Positions 62,437 through 64,000 of a stretch of DNA of 64,000 nt are shown one piece after another (within the stretch, counting starts at the first letter, position 1; every line of letters begins with the position of its first letter). Source of the stretch: Octopus vulgaris (Eukaryota); assembly GCA_951406725.2 (NCBI GenBank), contig OX597834.1, positions 2,046,001 through 2,110,000 on the forward strand, given 5' to 3'. Position numbers and translations under genes: made by a program. The notes below the pieces were generated by a model. The model was not told the DNA's origin and did not search any database. It was given only the letters and a program-made list of their open reading frames with translations.

Positions 62437-64000
62437 GATGGGCTTCTTTCAGTTTCCGTCAACCAAATCCACTCACAAGGCTTTGGTCGGCCCGAGGCTA
62501 TAGTAGAAGACACTTGCCCAAGGTGCCACGCAGTGGGACTGAACCTGGAACCATGTGGTTGGTAAGCAAGCTACTTACCACACAGCCACTCTTGCACCTA
62601 TATATATATATAATAATCTTAAATGTGGCCATCCAGCTGGTCGTGTGCTGTTGAAATCATGTTCACTGTCTTCAGTTACCTGATGGCACCAACAGTGGAT
62701 AGAAGTGTGCCAGGGTTGTACGTCAAAGGGGGGGATGGGAAAGAGGGGTGGATCTGAATCACGAAGATGGGATTTGATGTCTCTGAAGACAATATTTTCT
62801 CATATTCAGCTATTTTTGTTGTTTAACCCCAGGTCAGTTGGCATCCACCAAGTTTATGATCCCCATTCCATCCATGACCATCCTGTCTTTTTCTCTTTAT
62901 GCATGGAAGCCCGGCACTCCATTATTCACCTTGTCCTTTTCAAAGACATTAAGGTGTCATCCGAGGGAGAGTTGGGTGCTACTTTTAACTGGTTGAACAA
63001 CCCTGTTGATGCTCGCTTGTCAACTCCTCCCTCTTCTGTTGCTGCTATGACAACTCCAATTACCCTGCATCTACCCACAGCTACTCTGATGTTAACCCAC
63101 CCTCAGCCGTGTGCCCCTCTGCCCACCCGGCAGTGTACAAAATAAACACCGTGTTGGTAGCATGAAAAGAAGCACCCCTTCCATACTGGGAAGTGGTTGG
63201 TGTTAGGAGGGGCCGCTGAAGGAACCCTGCCAAAGTGGAGGCACGTGGTTAAGGGGTCTTGCACTCATGATCATAAGATTCTGGTTTTGATTCCTGGACC
63301 CGGTGACGCATCGTGTTCTTGAGCAAAACACTTCATTTCACATTGCTCCAGTCTGCTCAGCTTGCAAAAATGAGTTAATCCTGCGAAGGACTAATGTCCT
63401 ATCCAGGTGGGGGTGTATACACACCACATAAACCGGGAAACCAGCCCCATGAGTCCATACAACAAAATATTTTGTTTGATGCTCTACTGATTCTATCAAT
63501 TCAGTGTTGCATATTTATAATTATATTGACCAAGTAAATGACTGGTACTCTGTTTTACTGACCTGGGCCGTATTGGATGAAGGTCAACTGCAAACTCAAT
63601 TCAAGCTAAGAGGAGGACATTTTCTCTGGTGCAATACTTATAATGAATTTATTATTATTACATTGTTAGTATCAATAATTAACAACAACAACAACAACAA
63701 TCATAATAATACATAGTCATCTCACGAGATACAAACACTGAATGTTTTTTTTGTTTTCAGAAATGTAAATTGTGGTCCAATGAGAGTGTGACCGGATTAT
63801 ACAAACAGACACACAGACAGACTTGGAACAACTGTTGTTGTTGTTGGTGGTGGTTGTGGTTGTGATGATGGCAGGAATGACTGCGAAAATAATGTTGATG
63901 GTGGTGGTGTCGGTGGGGCAGTGGTGAAATTGGCAGTTGTCGTAGTGCTAATAATTGTGATGATGATGATGATGATGATGACTGCTAATGATGCCAACCA

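Overview
Eukaryotic, intron-rich, AT- and microsatellite-rich animal DNA; the repeat families look like those of an octopus/coleoid cephalopod (inference, not checked by search). Three spliced protein-coding genes are readable. (1) The last six coding exons of Rab14 (+, 166-9927), followed by a long TE-poor probable 3'UTR. (2) A complete six-exon tektin-like CCDC105/TEKTL1 gene (-, 38848-17462, about 415 aa). (3) A 2-kb first coding exon of a taperin/phostensin-like PP1-binding protein (+, 48601-50640), whose later exons were not found in this window. The remainder is RTE and Tx1-like LINE 3' ends, a Penelope-like element, several tRNA-derived SINE families (one in a head-to-tail array), Tc1/mariner remnants, hAT MITEs, long-TIR fold-back elements and microsatellites. 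The most striking observation is a Penelope-like element inserted exactly at a CCDC105 splice donor, with a 17-bp duplication that copies the donor and a hammerhead-like motif in its terminal repeat. RFX X-box-like motifs occur in the CCDC105 promoter and in an intronic minisatellite. I found no prokaryotic-type system and no CRISPR, rRNA or genuine tRNA gene. Most ORFs in the supplied track are microsatellite or TE noise.
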